From positions 90,212,001 through 90,276,000 of the forward strand of contig CM052816.1 of assembly GCA_028534125.1 (NCBI GenBank): 64,000 nt of DNA, read 5' to 3'. Shown here in pieces: positions 39,311 to 54,294 of the stretch (its first letter is position 1; every line of letters starts with the position of its first letter). The translations under genes were made by a program, and so were the position numbers. The stretch is from Lama glama (taxonomy: Eukaryota). The notes beneath the pieces are model-generated. The model worked only from the letters and a program-made list of their open reading frames with translations. It was not told the origin of the DNA and made no database searches.

Positions 39311-41629
39311 TTGGTTCATGTTGATGTTTGCAGTTGGATTAAAGGATTTTTTCAAATATACCCCTATATTTACTCATTCCCCCCAAAGTGATTGGAATTT
39401 TGCACAAATAGATTTTTCCATGCCTTTGGTTTAATTTTCTCTCCATCGACTGATATTTCCCTGGTTGTTGACAGGATGATATGAGAAAAATAATGTTATA
39501 AAAATTGTAATTCACAAAACAAAGCCTAATTTATTTGGTTTAATGAACCATAGCGCCCTTCTGAACATACAGAGTGCACATCATACACTTCTTAAAAAAG
39601 GACTGGTTCTTGTTCAAATGCGTATTATTACACAAAAGTATATAGTTAATAAATTCAGCTTCATATCTGTACACATAGAAAGAAACAAAAGAAAACTCTA
39701 TAGCTACAATTTTAAAAATATTTTTAGGTATTATGGTTAAATAATTATGTCCACCTAACACTCAGCCTTATAGTCCTATGTTAAATTTTCATTATAAAAA
39801 TGCATGTTTATCTAGCCAAATGGACTAAATACTTTGAAGCAACCCAGTAAATACAACAGAAAAATAACCTGATGTGAATAAGTTTAATTTGTTCTTGGGT
39901 GACTCTATTTCCAGTGAAAATAATACGAATGAGACATGGCCTCAAAGTGAGATTAGCTTACATTTAAAAGAAAATATTTAGGACAGGCAGATCTGTTCTC
40001 CAATTAGACGTTCTTGTGACATTGGAAATCCAAACTAGTGCCTGGAAGTTTAATAGGATCTTATAATGCTGTTAATCTTCGGAAACCAGAAACAGTGGGC
40101 ATTTATTACTCAAGTGTGAGTTGTAAAACCATCAAGGTATTACCAGGAAAGTCAAGTATAAAAAGAAAAAGTAGCTCAAAATAGCTTTCATATTCCATGA
40201 CTGTTTCTTCTAAAATTCATTTTAAAGCATGATTGCCTTTTCATAATAATTTTTATCTCAAAATAATATATCACTTTACCGTTAATAAAATAATGAATAA
40301 ATTATAAATATGTATACTTAATTGCAAATAAATAAATAATGCCATAGTAATTTAAATATAATTTCTATTTATGACAGGGATTTTGTGATTTTTCTTGATA
40401 TACTCATTTATATATCCAATACATAACATAGTGTATACACTTCATGCCAAGTATGCTGGGTGATAACAATATATGCTCCTATCCTCAGGAAGTTTATATT
40501 CAAATGGGGAAGAATATACATTACAGATGCCAATATTTAAGAAGATATTTAATTTGATCAGTCTCAATTGCTGTAAAATATTACAGCATTTTATAGATTT
40601 TAACATCCTAGGAACAGTATTCTTAATAAGCCCTCATTTATCTCCTATTTTGCCTCCTCAAAATCTTTTTCTCAGTTTTCACCTTCCTTCAACCCCACTG
40701 CCATATGCAGTCAACAAAATGTCAGGAATAAAATGGTTAAACAGTTAACGCCAGGCTCTGCCATGGGCATGTTTTATGATATTATAATTGTTATGCACCC
40801 AGAACATTTAGCAAACAAAATAATATGCAATCCTAAGTTTACAAACTATTTTTCTACATTATTATTTTAAGGATATTTAAGAACATACTTAATGCTTAAA
40901 GCATAAATCCATGCCTATGAAGAGGGTAGAATTATCCAAATCCATATAAAATTTATTCCATTAAAAAGGAATAATCTATATCATGTCTACACACAATAAA
41001 TTCTCTAGAGAGAACCATATAAATGTCACAAATGCTATTCTGAGTATTAAGTATGCATAAAAGATTTTGTCCTCAAGCATTGTATAAGATTATCTAATTA
41101 AATGGTATTATGAGATCTCATAGTAATTAAAGAGAAATGAATAATTTCAGAATTCACTTGAACTCTTTAGTTAGAAAGTGTAACAATGTAAAACAATCTC
41201 AGGAACTAAAACCACAGTGATTGGAACCAAATTGTCATCTATTTGCAAAGTTAAGAAACATTATACATTGTTTTTCCGTGACCTCACAGTGTCTTATGTT
41301 TCATTAAACACTGCCATTCTTTTCCTAACCACTTCCACCTCCAAATAACCCTGCCCATTTGGTTTCATAGGAAGACGCAGATGAGAAGTGAGTGTAAAGA
41401 TGGAGGTTACGACTGTGACATGGCCAAAAAGAGGGAGAAATGAAACAAAACAAACTGCTGAATGTCATTATTAATGTAGCATAATTCTAACAGACATCGA
41501 TTCTCTGTAAATACTGTTGGGAAACCTAATTCTTTATGTTTTCTCAATGCCAAGGGAATCTCAAAGCATTTAACCACATTCTGGCAGGACTGAGGCACAC
41601 AGCGCAACTGTAATACACTTTGGCAATCA

Positions 41630-42000
41630 AAACTTTTGAATTCTGGTCAAATAGCTTACCAGCTGTGTAACCTTGAACAAGTTCTTTAACCCCATAGTGC
41701 CCAAATTTCCTCAGGCAGAGGAAAAGGCTGTGATAGACTGCATTTCTAGTCATCTTGATTCCATGCCTCTCTTTTCAGTCCCCCTCTCAGTGGAAGAACT
41801 TAACATTCCCACCCTGTTGAACTCAGTCATGACCAGGTGACCTTTTCCGACCAATGAAGTGAGCATGGAAATCACATAACATCACTTTCAAACTGAACTG
41901 TTGGAGGATTAAATGTATTAACATATGTAAAGCACTTGGAGCAGTAATTGACATATAGTTAGTTCCATGCAGCTATTATTATTTTACTATATTTTACTAT
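41630..42000 (+). mobile_element. MIR SINE split by an old MLT1-like LTR fragment (~41731-41900)
   Basis: MIR 5' part 'cttaccagctgtgtaaccttgaacaagttctttaacc'; insert 'gaactcagtcatgaccaggtgaccttttccgaccaatgaagtgagcatggaaat'; MIR 3' part 'ttggaggattaaatgtattaacatatgtaaagcacttgga'. Confidence 0.7.
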
Positions 42001-43119
42001 TATTTTAATTACTATTAATGATCTAATTCTCTATCTTTTCCTATCATATTTCCCTATAGATTACTACAGTATCATCAATCACAGGATGTAATTTCCTTCT
42101 AGTCAATTAATTGAGGGTTCTTTTTCTATTTAGTTAGTAAATAAACAAGTATTTACTGTGATCCTATTATGTACTTACAATGGTGCGAGGTAGGAAGAAG
42201 ATTATTAAGGATCAAAACTGGTCAAAAAAGAGGTGGGAAAATCAGATGGCCCAAACAACAATAAATGATTTTCTCAAAGATTATGAAACCCAGTCTTTGG
42301 AATTTGCTACTAATAAAATAAAATTTGCTTTACTACTGAAACAATATATGTATCATTCGTATATTTTTATGTTATACATATACTAGTGAAAAAAATCATA
42401 ATATTATATAGATACCATATGTGATATACATGTATACATAGTATGCTGTATATTATATGTGTATGTGTGTACATATCATGTGTATAATATATATAATACA
42501 TATTATGTGTGTTGTATATATAATTCCTGTATTATTACACTTGACGTCAGCCTCTATAAAAATATCATTAATCCATTTCAATTTTACCTAGTAAAATGAA
42601 TTACTAAGTATACTTTACCTAATATAGGGGATTAAAGAAGTTGACTCTCGAATGGTGCTCTTCACCATTGAAAATGAATAGAAAACAAATTAACAACAAT
42701 CTAAGGAAGGCCTTTTAAAATGAGTATAAGAGACCAAAAATTACAAATTGTCCAAGAAAATCCTTCTAAAATTAAAAGGAGATGAGAAAATTAACAAAGG
42801 GGTGATGGACCATGAGACAACAGGGACTATGCAGGGAAGAAAGATTTTTAAACAAATCATTAATATCCTCAAAGACATAAGACACTGAAACCATCTGTGC
42901 CATGGCTCAATACTCATCTTCTCCCTTACTCTTTTGTGATTCAGTTTAATTTTTTTCCATTAGTTGAGACACACTAGAGTTTTGACCCACACCTCAGTCA
43001 TTTTAAGCACTTCTGTCATCCACTCAACACTATTCCAAATTTAGTCTGGTCTCTTGAAGTTCCTACCTAATCCTCCGTCCCCTAAATCCACAAATAACAT
43101 CATCTATTACTTCCTAAAG

Positions 43120-43330
43120 CAGGGTTCTCAACTTCAACTCTATTGATATTTGATTGGGGGTGGGGGAGCAGGCAGCTCTGCTGTGTGTTATAAGAAGTTT
43201 AGCAGCATCCCTGCCTCCACCCATTAGATGACGTGCCAGCAACCCCACCAGTTGTGACAACCAAAAACATCTCCAAATATTGCTACACATTCAGTGGGGA
43301 AGCAAAATTGTCCCTGGTTGGAAACCACAG
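43120..43330. mobile_element. MER20 hAT-Charlie element
   Basis: TIRs 'cagggttctcaac...ggttggaaaccacag'; internal 'agcagcatccctg...ccagttgtgacaaccaaaaacatctccaaatattgc'. Confidence 0.9.
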
Positions 43331-43799
43331 TTGTAGGGTAAAAGAGACAATTTGCCAAGAGCTTTTTCAACTTCCTGCTCCCATAGCCACAGACTCAATA
43401 CCCCTTCACATTCTATACAGAGACTTAAATGGTAGGACTCTAGTCATTTTGAGAACTAACTTTGCAAAGCTTTGTGTACTTCATCTTTTTCTATTGAATT
43501 GCTTCCCCTTAACCTATATGTAGGTTGCTTCACCCTGATAAAATAACTGTCAGTTCTGAATCTCCTTTAGCTATTGCCCTTCCTCTAACCTTCTCTAAAA
43601 AAGTCAATCTTCTTAACTCTCGCTACACATCCCACCTCATTTCTTACTTCGTAATTATCCAAACCTGATACACCAGCCATGTTAAACAACATAGTTAGTT
43701 TCCATTCCTGCCTTGCTTTTTCAAATCTTTATTTTGGCCTTCTCTTTGTTCTACATAAAATATGATTTTCTTGCCATTCATCTAAAAATCGTGAATTCA

Positions 43800-44050
43800 T
43801 TTTTTATTGAAGTATAATTGATTTACGATGTTAGTTTCAGGTATACAGCAAAGTGATTCAGATATATATCTAGATTCATATAGATATATACATACACATA
43901 CTTTTTCAGATCCTTTTCCATTATAGGTTATTACAAGATATTGAATATAGTTCCCTGTGCTGTACAGTAGGACCTTGTTGTTTATCTATTTTATATGCAG
44001 TAGTGTGTACCTGTTAATCCCAAACACTTCTTTTATCCCTTCCCTCCAAC
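43800..44050 (-). mobile_element. Short L1 3' tail (artiodactyl type)
   Basis: 'ttttattgaagtataattgatttacgatgttagtttcaggtatacagcaaagtgattcag...ttccctgtgctgtacagtaggaccttgttgtttatctattttatat'. Confidence 0.9.
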
Positions 44051-44963
44051 TCACATTCATTCTTAGAAACGCAATTCGAGAAGTCTTCCTGGCCCTAACG
44101 TTACGGGTGAGATTCCTTGCTGACATACTTCAGAACCTCCGGGGTTTACTTTTGTCTCTGTGCGTACTGTACTCTTTACACGTTCAGTTGACTCCTTCTT
44201 TCTCTGTTTCATAGCCATTAGCTCCCAGAGGCTAGGATCTATGTTTTCCTTTATCTATTGTGGTTAGCTTTCCTGAATCCAAGATGAACATGTTCTGTGC
44301 CCTGTCATCACACATAACCAGTCTGTTCCTTTGGCTTAATTTTACTAAACTGCATTCAGACACAGTGGAAGCTGTTAGGAATTTCATTTACACCTTGATG
44401 CCTTGCAAATACATTATCTTCAGATCTATCTATTCTGGTCAACTCATTTTTTCCTATCCATTTATCTGCTCATCAGGAGAGATGAAAGTAATGGAAATAA
44501 CATATGCTGTTCAGGGGCTGGTTAATAACTGCTACTATCTGACAATGCAGTAGCAGCTTTCCAATTGGAACCAAGCTGCTTATTCATTGATTGATGGCCT
44601 AAACGGAAATTGTTTTCTTTCCTCTTCTAAAAAGATTAGCCACACTTCTAAAAGAGGTGTTTTGAGACCTATGCCTGAACACTTCACATAAAGCTAATCA
44701 AGGATAATGAATAAAACGTGATTTCTTGTCACTACTGAATGCACTAAATAACCCATTTCCATTTTTGTTCAATTGAAGTTATATAGAATGATATGGAATT
44801 ATAAAAGCATCAAATTAACTTAAAACTAGGAGATATTATACACTATGTTATTACTGGGCTACTGGGTTTACCGTGAAACATTTATTCTGTTTAGCTTTTG
44901 TTTAAATCCAACAGTCCAGAAGATTTAACTGAGATCTTTTCTTTTGAAGTGCATTAGGGTAAC

Positions 44964-45116
44964 TTTTTTTTATTGAAGTATCATCGGTTCACAATATGTC
45001 AATTTCTGGTTTACAGCATAATGTTTCAGTCATACATATATACATATATTTGATATATTTGTTTTCATATTCTTTTTCATAATGGGTTACCACAAAATAC
45101 TGAGTATATTTCCCTT
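44964..45116 (-). mobile_element. Short young L1 3' tail
   Basis: 'ttttattgaagtatcatcggttcacaatatgtcaatttctggtttacagcataatgtttcagtcatacat'; same type as 33560-33697. Confidence 0.88.
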
Positions 45117-46424
45117 TACCAAAATCCTTCAAAATTAGAAAATAAAACTAGACATATAATTAACGCAATTCATGAATACTATGATTTCTTCTCATAAGAA
45201 AAATATATAATTTATACAAAGATTTTTGTCCTAGTGTTACTAAAACTTTATTAAAATAATTTAATCACATTCCTAAAACTAATGTACTCTAAGTTTTATA
45301 GGTTTATCTAGTCAAGAAATTTGTAACTCTGCTTCATTGCTTGGTAATGTGGGAATGAAAACATCGGGTAAATAACAAGAGACTCTTTCAATACAGAGTA
45401 GCAATTTTGTCATCTCTGTTCTACTTCCTTGAAACCAAAGAAATTCCTTTACAAGTGGATTTACTTGTGGATTTACACGTGCTTACTTAGGCACATGGCC
45501 ATAGAAGGGACCTAGTGAAGGAGTGACATTTATCTCCATTAACTAGTTCTTTTCCTTTTTCCCTTCTTCCTCCATTTCACAATAATAATGAGATCAGAGT
45601 CTGGGGATCCGTGACCAAAGAGTAGATGAATTTTTAACACTAAGATAAATTTGCTTGTTTGTTCCCAGAAGATACATTAAACAAATGTATTTTTTATCTA
45701 TTGGTCTTGTTATAAAGTGTTACTTGAAATACTTTAAGACAATTTGATAGACTATTTTCATTATAACTTATTCTTTATCAATTTGCTTGTTTATTTGAAT
45801 TATACTTCTCCCAACTGAATGTATATTATAAAAGTACAAGGATTATTGTAGGATCCTGATAAATATTGATTATATAAATATTTTGATATAAATTATGGTA
45901 CTTTCATCTATAATTTCATGTATCATCTGAATAGGATTTTTTGTTCAGAGAACTAATCATTCTGAGAATATATTTATTAGAATTACGTGATCTAGTCATC
46001 ATGTTAAATTAACAAATACTGTTTGCATTCTTGGCATAAAGCTATGCCTGAGATGCTATATTGAATTGCAAATTTTTCATGCTTTAAAATAATTTCGTGC
46101 ATTTACAAAATAATGGTAACCATACTCTCATTTATTCTTTTCTTTTACCAGAGTCAAACAATAACTATATAGCCCAGCTATTTAAGTTCATGTTACAATT
46201 GCTTCAAATATTTTTCTTCAATCTATCTTTTGCTCATTGATGCCATCTACCTTCTATGAAAGAGAGCATTTTAGGCAATGAAACAGCCTGATCTGTTCTC
46301 AGATTGGTAGGGGTATGTGATTCTTATGCCTAGAAACAATGTAGCCAAAATTAAAGTGGTAAATGTATAATGACTGATGATGTAAAGTAGTTCATATTTA
46401 CAATAAGTCTATTGAAAGAAAGAA

Positions 46425-49345
46425 AGTTGTCTTTATACGTCAATGTCTTGTCTTTGCGTAGTTCAATTGCTGGCAGATTCTTTTCTTGAATTATTTTGAT
46501 GCTCTTTTATTAGGTTCATATCCATTTAAGATGATTATGCTTCTTGAAGAATTGACCCCTTTATCAATATGCATTGCCTTTCTTTATCTCTCGTTATCTT
46601 TCTTGTTCTGAAATTGGCTTGTCTGAAATTAATATAACTACTACAGCTTCTCTTAATTATTGTTAGCATGACATACATTTTTCTAGCCCATCTCTTTACT
46701 TTTCATCAAACTTGGCCTTTATTTTTAAAGTGGACTTCTTGTATACAAAATGTAGTTTATGCTTCTTTTTTATATCCATGCTGACAGCTTCTGTCTCTTA
46801 ATTTGTGCATTTAGGCCATTCATCTGTTAAATGATTATTGATATAGTTGGATTAATATATACTGTGTTTGTAACTGTTTTCTATTCTTGCCTTTTCCCTT
46901 CCTACACCTTTTTTTCTGTCTCTGGCTTTAATTGGAATTGTGTTTAACTCAATTTTATCTCCTTTCTTAGCATATAATTATACTGCTTTTTATAAAGTTT
47001 TTAATGATTGCCCTAGTGTTTCTAATACACATTTCTAACTAAGTCCACCTTCAACTGACACTACACTACTTCACCTGTAGTACAGGTACCTTCTAACACA
47101 GTATTCCTGATATCTTCTCTCACCTCTCGTGACATTGTTTATATTTATTTCACCTATCCATATGCTAGAATCATCCAATAAATTGTTACTGTCATTGCTT
47201 CAAACAAAGCTGTATTGCTTATTAACAAAGAATATGAAAAATAGAAGATTTTACTTCTACCTTCCTTTATTTCCTCTTTGATGTTCATTTTGTGTGTACA
47301 TTCAAGTTGCTCTCATATAATTTTCCTTCTACCTCAAGAATTTTCCATGTTTTTGCAAAGCAGGTCTACTAGTAATGAAGTTCCTCAGTGTTTGAGAAAG
47401 TCTTTAGATCTCCTTGAATCTTGAAAGAGAAATTCATTAGCTATAGAAATCTACGTTAGTATTATTTTTTCTTTCCTCACTTTAAATAATTTACTTTATT
47501 TTCTTCTGGCTTCTATGATTTACGACATTAAGTCTTCTGTCCAAAAATAATTCTTGTCATTGCTCTTCTATAGATAAGATTAGTTTTCTTTCTGGATCCT
47601 TTGAAGATTTTCTCCTTGTCTCTTGATTTTCCTCAGTTTAAATGTGGTATGCCTATGTGTATGTGGTTGTGGGGGTTTAGGTGTTAGTGTAGATTTTGGT
47701 ATTTAACATGGTTCATCTTTTCTGGCTCCCTAGACCTATGGGGTTTTGTGTTTGTCATTAATTTTGGAAAGATTTTGGTCATTACTACTTCAAATATTTC
47801 TTCTGTTCTATTTTACCTTTCTTTCACTGCTGGCATTCTAATTGCATATTATATTACATTTGCTTTTATTGTTCCATAATTCTTGGATGTTCTGTTCTGG
47901 TTTTTTGTTTGTTTGTTTGTTTTATTCATCTTTCTCTTTATGTTTCAGGTTGGGAAATACAAATTGATCTATCTCCAGACTTAATGATGCTTTTCTCAGC
48001 CATGGTGACTCTACTGATGAACCCATCAAAGCTATTCTTTATTTCTATTATAGTATTTTTTTTCATTTCTATCATTTCCATTTGACCTTTTCTTAGTAAC
48101 CCATCTTAGTGCTTATGATACCCACCTATTCTTGCATATTTATTTTTCCATTAATGTCCTTAGCATATTAATCATAGTTATTTTAAATTCCCTGTTGATA
48201 ATTCCAACATCTGTGTCTTATCTGCACTGGATTCTGGCACTTGCTTTGTCTCTTTAGACTACACTGTTTTCTTGCCTTTTGGCATGCCATGTAATTTTTT
48301 GCTGAAAGCCAGACATGCTATATCAGGTAATAAGAATTGATATAAATAACCTGTGTGAGAATTTACTTTATTCTGGCCAAGAGTGGAGATTTGTTTGATG
48401 TTTGCTATAGCTTTGATTAGGGGCTACAAGTTCCTCTAGTGTCCTTGTTTTAGTCTCTCCTCTGGATTTCCCTAAATATTCCTCCTCAGAAAGATTCTGC
48501 ATCTTGCAGTCCCTTAAAGCTATAGTCCACTGCTGTTTTTTGTAGCCCTGTTGTTGCAGAAAAGGTGCTGATGGTAAACCATGTGTGGAGGAAGGAAAAG
48601 AGAATTCTATGATCTCTGGATTAAACTTCAGTCTCTTCATGGGCCTGTGTCTCAGGGCTGTGACCAACAGAAATGTTTTTCAGTGATATAGCTCTTCCCT
48701 TGTCCCTTACTCTCCTTTTTGCCAACAGCATCCCAATCTTAAGCCTCTAACTTCATGGCTGTTTGTTTGTCCATCTGTTTGTTTGTGTTTCTCTTAGGTG
48801 AAGCAGGAAGTCAGTAGCCACTGGAGTGGGAGTAATTCCCTTCCCCTTGCTGGGATAGGGCTCTGATAGTCCTTTTTTCATGGATTAGGCTTTTGTCATG
48901 GAAAAAGTTCTATGTGTATTTCACAGTGATTAGACCTCTTCTCCTACCAGCACCACAAAGTGCTCTTTCTTGACTCTTTATTGTTAGAACCTGATGGGTT
49001 TCCAGGAAGTAAAGCTCATGAAAGGGTGAGAGCACCTAGGAGTCTCTCAGTTTCATGTTAGTCCACGATCAGCTTCAGCAATTGGTCAAAATTACCATTT
49101 TCATGTTCATACAAGTTTGTGATTCCAGCAGCTTCTGCTCTAGGTAAGAAGATCTCAGCTGTGCTTCTCTGAATGCATTTGTCTATCCAGATTTGTAGGT
49201 ATAGGTTTAGTCTATAATTTCAATTTTTTAATGGACTCAAGAGGAAAATCATTGCTTTTCAGTTTATCTAGTTTTGTTTTTTTCTTGTTTTAAGGATAGA
49301 GTGATGACTTCTAAGCTCTTTACATGTGAAAGCTGAAGCTGAAAA
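46425..49345 (-). mobile_element. Old L1 (L1MC/MD-like) 5' region: 5'UTR, ORF1, inter-ORF and start of ORF2, decayed
   Basis: About 2.9 kb T-rich block with 'gaagaattgacccctttatcaatatgcattgccttt', 'gcaggtctactagtaatgaagttcctcag', 'attttggtcattactacttcaaatatttcttctg', 'gaaagccagacatg'. Confidence 0.8.
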
Positions 49346-50540
49346 ATCCATGATGGTAAACATTTTTAAAACATTTTCTTATTTTTCTATCTGAAGATTT
49401 GATAAATTTAGTTACCACATTGCTTTATAAAAGACCATAGTGAAATTGTTATTGCCATGCCATTAGACAAAACTATTGCAATCAAATTGGTACTTGTAAG
49501 AGTCAATCAAAGAAAAAGATTTTCTTTAACTGAAGCATAAATGAAATGGTTTTCTCAACAGTTTTATAGGGAAAAAAAGGAAGCTTGTAAAATGAAATAT
49601 CATCATTTTTGTCACAATAAAAATTGATTTAGCAAGGATTCAAGGTTCAGGCAAAATAAAATTTGAGTGTCAATTTAATGATAAGAACTCCTCCCATTTG
49701 TAATACAGAGTTAACGTTTTTAATCTAGGAAGGATTTCAGAGTTCATTTAAACCAATGGTCCTTAATCCAAGGTTCATGTAGTTCCCAGGGGTGCAAAAC
49801 TGAATCAACAGCCTGTGAACCTGATGCTCCAGTGAGCACTTCTCACAAGCACTGGTCCTTTGGACCAGCATGAATGAGACACATGCTGCAGCACACAAGG
49901 AAGTGCTGAGCTGCTTGCATAGACCTGGATGTCATGGTTGATTTACATCATCATTTCTGTTGCATCTTCAGGTGATACTTCCATTGGTCCCCTTCTTCAT
50001 GTGAATTCAGGTAATCTTTTTTACCACAAATATACATCAAAACCGTATTCCCTCTGTACCTTTTGTGTGTTGCTTTTCTTGTACCCACCCCAACCCACTA
50101 TTACAAAAAAAAAAAAAGAAAAGAAAGAAATATGGAATACCAGACTAAGTTACTCACTTGTGTAATGGGCATAGAAGAAGCACAAAACCATAGTCCAAAC
50201 ACTCAAACTTGTTATTGTCAAAACAAACATTTAACTGCACTCTTGACAGTACAGCAATCAACACTGGGATGCCAATGGTCATGATCGAGATCTTGAAGTG
50301 ATTTATGTTTGCTTCACTTAAAAAACCCTTTTTAACAAATTAAAAGTCATTAATCTGTAACTCAAATACATCTTTATAATTTCTATATCTTATATTAATT
50401 TGTATTTTAAGCATCAATTCCATCATATAGAAGAAACTTAATTTCAACCTGTTCATTTCTCAATACATTTTCCTCTAATTGAATCTAAAATTCAATTGAA
50501 TCTAAGATTTATAGTTCCAGGGAAGAGTGATGTGTGGTGA

Positions 50541-50545
<5 letters not shown>

Positions 50546-50575
<30 letters not shown>
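50546..50575. repeat. (TG)n microsatellite
   Basis: Perfect TG run. Confidence 0.95.
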
Positions 50576-50581
<6 letters not shown>

Positions 50582-51271
50582 TCTTTGGTAACTGATACTG
50601 TATTCTGAAACTATTCTGAATCCATTTCTCCAAAATATTAACACTTACAGACATATCAGCATGTCATTCTGTAGATATCATTAGCTCCATTCCAACCCCA
50701 ACATATGCAGACACAGACATATATCATATGCTCGGAGTTTTCACAGCTAAGTAAGGCTGACTATAGCTAATGTCCTCACTCCCTTTGAATGTGGGAGTAA
50801 AGGGAGGAGGAGGGTGCAGTACTTGCTCACAATCCATTATATTTAGTGATATTAAGGGACATACTAATTTGATTGCTTTTACTTTGTTTGCAAGAAAATT
50901 ACTAGTTTTTTTATTCTCTCCTGGAAAAGATTCACTTATTTTAGAAATTCTTATTTCAAGATATAGACTTAAAAATCACCTCCCACAGACCTCCTTGTTT
51001 ATGTGTTCTCAGAACTGTCACTGGGAAAATTGAATATTGTCAGTTTTTATTCATCTTCCCTCACTTCTGAAAATCACTCATCTTTCCCAGAATGTTCAAA
51101 ACTCTATAGTGTATAGAATGAAGATTATAGAATAACTTCAAATTTCTTCTCATCGTGTAACCATGGAAATTTCAAGTTAGTCATGAATTCTCAGAGTCTG
51201 CCTCATCACTGACAACAATTCTCCCAGAGCCATGGGCAATGATTTAAGATTCCTTTGCTTTCCTTCTAGTC

Positions 51272-52945
51272 TATTATTGTTTATGAGATACAATTTGCAA
51301 ACATAAAATGCAATCTTTTATAATGTACACTTCTGTGCTTTTTATTTTTTAATTTTTTTTAATTTTTGGGGGGGGGAGGGAAGTAATTAAGTTTATTTAT
51401 TTATTTATTTATTTAAGAAGCGGTCCTGGGGAATGAACCCAGGACCACATGCGTGCTAAGCGTGCGCTCTACCACTTGAGCTACACCCTCCCTGCCCTGA
51501 GCTTTTTATTATATTCTCAAAGTTGTTCAAGCATCACCACTATTTACTCTGAGAACATTTCATCACCTCAAAGAAGAAATGTAGCAGTCATTAGTAATAA
51601 CTCCTCATTTCTCCCTTCCTCTTGCCCCTGGCAACCACTGAGCTACTTTCTGTCTCTAAGGATTTGCCTGTATTATTCATGTAAATGGAATCATACAATA
51701 TGTGGGCTTATGTGACCAGCTTTTTACACTTAGTATATTTTTTTTCAAAGTTCACCATGTTGTAACTTTCATCCATACTTCATTCCTTTTTATTGCTGAG
51801 TAACACTCCATTGTGTGGGTATATGATATTTTGTTCACCCATTGCATCAGTAGATGGATACTTTAGCCATTTCCACTTTTTGTTCATTATGAAAAATCCC
51901 CCATGTCCAAGTTTTTATGTGGACATACGTTTTTATTACTCTTGGATACACACCTAGGAGTGAAATTCCTGGGTCATGTGGTGACTTTATTTTTAACGGT
52001 TTAGGAGAACTGCCAAATTCTTTCCAAAGTGGCTGCAGCATTTCAAAATGTCATCAGCAATGTATGACGATTCAAATTTCTCCACATTCTCGCCAACATT
52101 TGTAATTTTTCTGTCTTTTTTAATTTTAGCCATCCTAGAAGATGTGAAATGATATCACATTGTGGCTTTAATTTGCGTTTCCCTAGTGACTAATGATGTT
52201 GAGCATCTTTCCATGTGTGTGTTGGCCAGTTCTATATCTTCTGTGACAAAAGGTATATTCAAACTCTTTGCCCATTTTTAAATCGGGTTGTTTGTCTTTT
52301 TGTGGTTGAATTATAAGAGTTCTACATATATTCTGTATAAATGTTTCTTCACTGACAAATGATTTGCAAATATTTTCTCCTATTCCATGATTTATCTTTT
52401 CAATTTCTGAATGATATCTTTTTAACTAGAAACTTTTAAATTTTAATAAAGTTCAGTTAATCTATTTTTTCTTCTGTTGCTTATGCTTTTGGTTTCATAG
52501 CTAAAAAGCAAGCAAACAAACAAACAATAACCACAACAACTCTTACCCAACCAAAAGCATGAAGATTTACTCCTTCAAAAAGGAATTGTTCTTCTTAGAG
52601 ATTTTTTCCTAAGAGTTTTAGAGTTTAGCTCTTACACTTATGTCTATGATCCATTTTGAATTAACTTATTAATATGTGAGGAAGGACTCCAACTTTATTC
52701 TTTTGCATCTAAATTGTTTGGTTATCTCAGTAACATTCTATCTTTCTCTCATTGAATTACCTTGGAACACTTGTTAAAAGTCATTTAACCAAAAATGTAA
52801 AGGTATTTTCCTGGAATCTCACTTCTATTTCATTGATCTATATTTCAGTTCTTTTGCCAATATAACACTGTTTTGATTATTAGAGCTTTGTCATTAATTT
52901 TGATATTAAGGAGCATACGTCTTCTAAATTTCTTCTTATTTTTCA
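51272..52945 (-). mobile_element. L1MB-like 3' portion, containing a SINE insertion
   Basis: 'gcccctggcaaccactgagctactttctgtctctaaggatttgcctg', 'tgactaatgatgttgagcatcttt'. ORF 51847..52041(-) 'LQPLWK...PHDPGISLLGVYPRVIKTYVH' is L1 ORF2 C-terminal sequence. Confidence 0.9.
51347..51496 (-). mobile_element. tRNA-derived SINE (camelid Vic-1-like)
   Basis: Reverse complement reads GGGAGGGTGTAGCTCAAGTGGTAGAGCGCACGCTTAGCACGCATGTGGTCCTGGGTTCATTCCCCAG plus an A-rich tail. TSD ctg(t/a)gctttttatt at 51333-51346 and 51497-51510. Confidence 0.93.
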
Positions 52946-54231
52946 CAATGGGTCCTATCTATTGCTTTTCATCAGTCTTAGCCATACAAGGATACTCTGA
53001 AATATGGAAGAAACATGTTCTCTGTAATGAGTACAATATGAAATAAATATTATTGTTACAGCTCACCTTGATTCTTATTTCAAACTCCTGAGTGGAATAA
53101 AATAATAATCTTGGTGTGTGTGTATATATATATATATATATTTGAGGTATGGATGTGACATTTCTCATTTGTACCACCATCTTTCTCTGATGATATCTGC
53201 TGAGACTATTACAATGCACCCTCCTCCCCCAGTTCACCTGCCCATAGAGGTCACTCTTGGTTGCTCATTTTTTTTCTTAAGGTGTCTAGGTTGAAAACAA
53301 CTCCTTTTCTCTTTCTGTGTCCTTCTCTGGCACATAGGAGTTTATCTCTCTGCTCACTATTTATACTGGGCTCTAAAAAACTCTTCAAGACTATTCAGGA
53401 ACATCTTGCAGCCTTTTCTGTTCTGAGATCTGTCTGCCTAACTGACTATCCTCAGGGATCCTGACTTAGGTCTTTACACACACAGCTACCACAAACTAAT
53501 GCTGTGTATTTCTAGCATCTTTGCCCATTAAATCTAGATCCATGAACTTGTTTGTATTCAGGGAATAGCAACCCATCAACTTTTTAGATATCCTCACTTC
53601 TCTTTTGACTCTTTTTGCTTTTCTTCTACCAATCTGAGAAATCTTTATTTAGACATTAAGATTCATCATGTTTCCACTATATCTTAATGCCTATGAAGCC
53701 CTAGATTTCAGAACTCAAAATCCTCCATGTGTTTTCTGTAATAGATTCCTTGAGGCATATGATATCTTCCAGTGTATGTAACTGAAGGAAATAAAGAGAA
53801 AATGCTGAAGAGAAAAAAGTTAACATTTCTATATCTTATTCACAAAGAACACAAAGTACTCTAAAAAGATGTCTATTTGTGTGTCAAGAACAGGAAGCTA
53901 CATACGATAGACTGAAAAATAAGTGATTCTTATGCATTAAAGAATTGTTTTAAGTATTGAGGTCAAATGCAAAAAAAAATTATATTTTCCTTCACCTAAT
54001 TATCAGTTCTAGTCTGGAACTTGTGACAGACAAGCTATCTCATAGAGTAGGAGATACCAAAGTTAATACTCTTACAAAGGCACTCATCTTCATAAATCTA
54101 TTGATGTTGAGGTTAAAGTTAGTTGTTGTATTTTTTGATAATGGTCATAGAAAATTTATCAATTTGTGCACTACTTCTGTTACTTTTGTGCCCCTTGTAT
54201 GTCAGAGATTTCTTACAGAATCATAGGGGGA

Positions 54232-54294
54232 AACTTAGTTCTACTTAGTTAGTTAGTTGATTAGTTAGTTGGTTAATTCTACTTAGTTCTACTA
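54232..54294. repeat. Short degenerate (TTAG)n / ACTTAGTTCT tandem repeat
   Basis: 'acttagttctacttagttagttagttgattagttagttggttaattctacttagttctacta'. Confidence 0.75.

Noticed and set aside
46151..46312. Plus-strand exon after strong acceptor 'ttattctttt cttttaccag'-type tract
   Set aside because: AT-rich body with multiple stop codons and no supporting neighbouring exons; indistinguishable from a pseudo-exon.
54232..54294. Interstitial telomeric repeat
   Set aside because: The unit is TTAG/TTAGTT, not TTAGGG; a simple slippage repeat.
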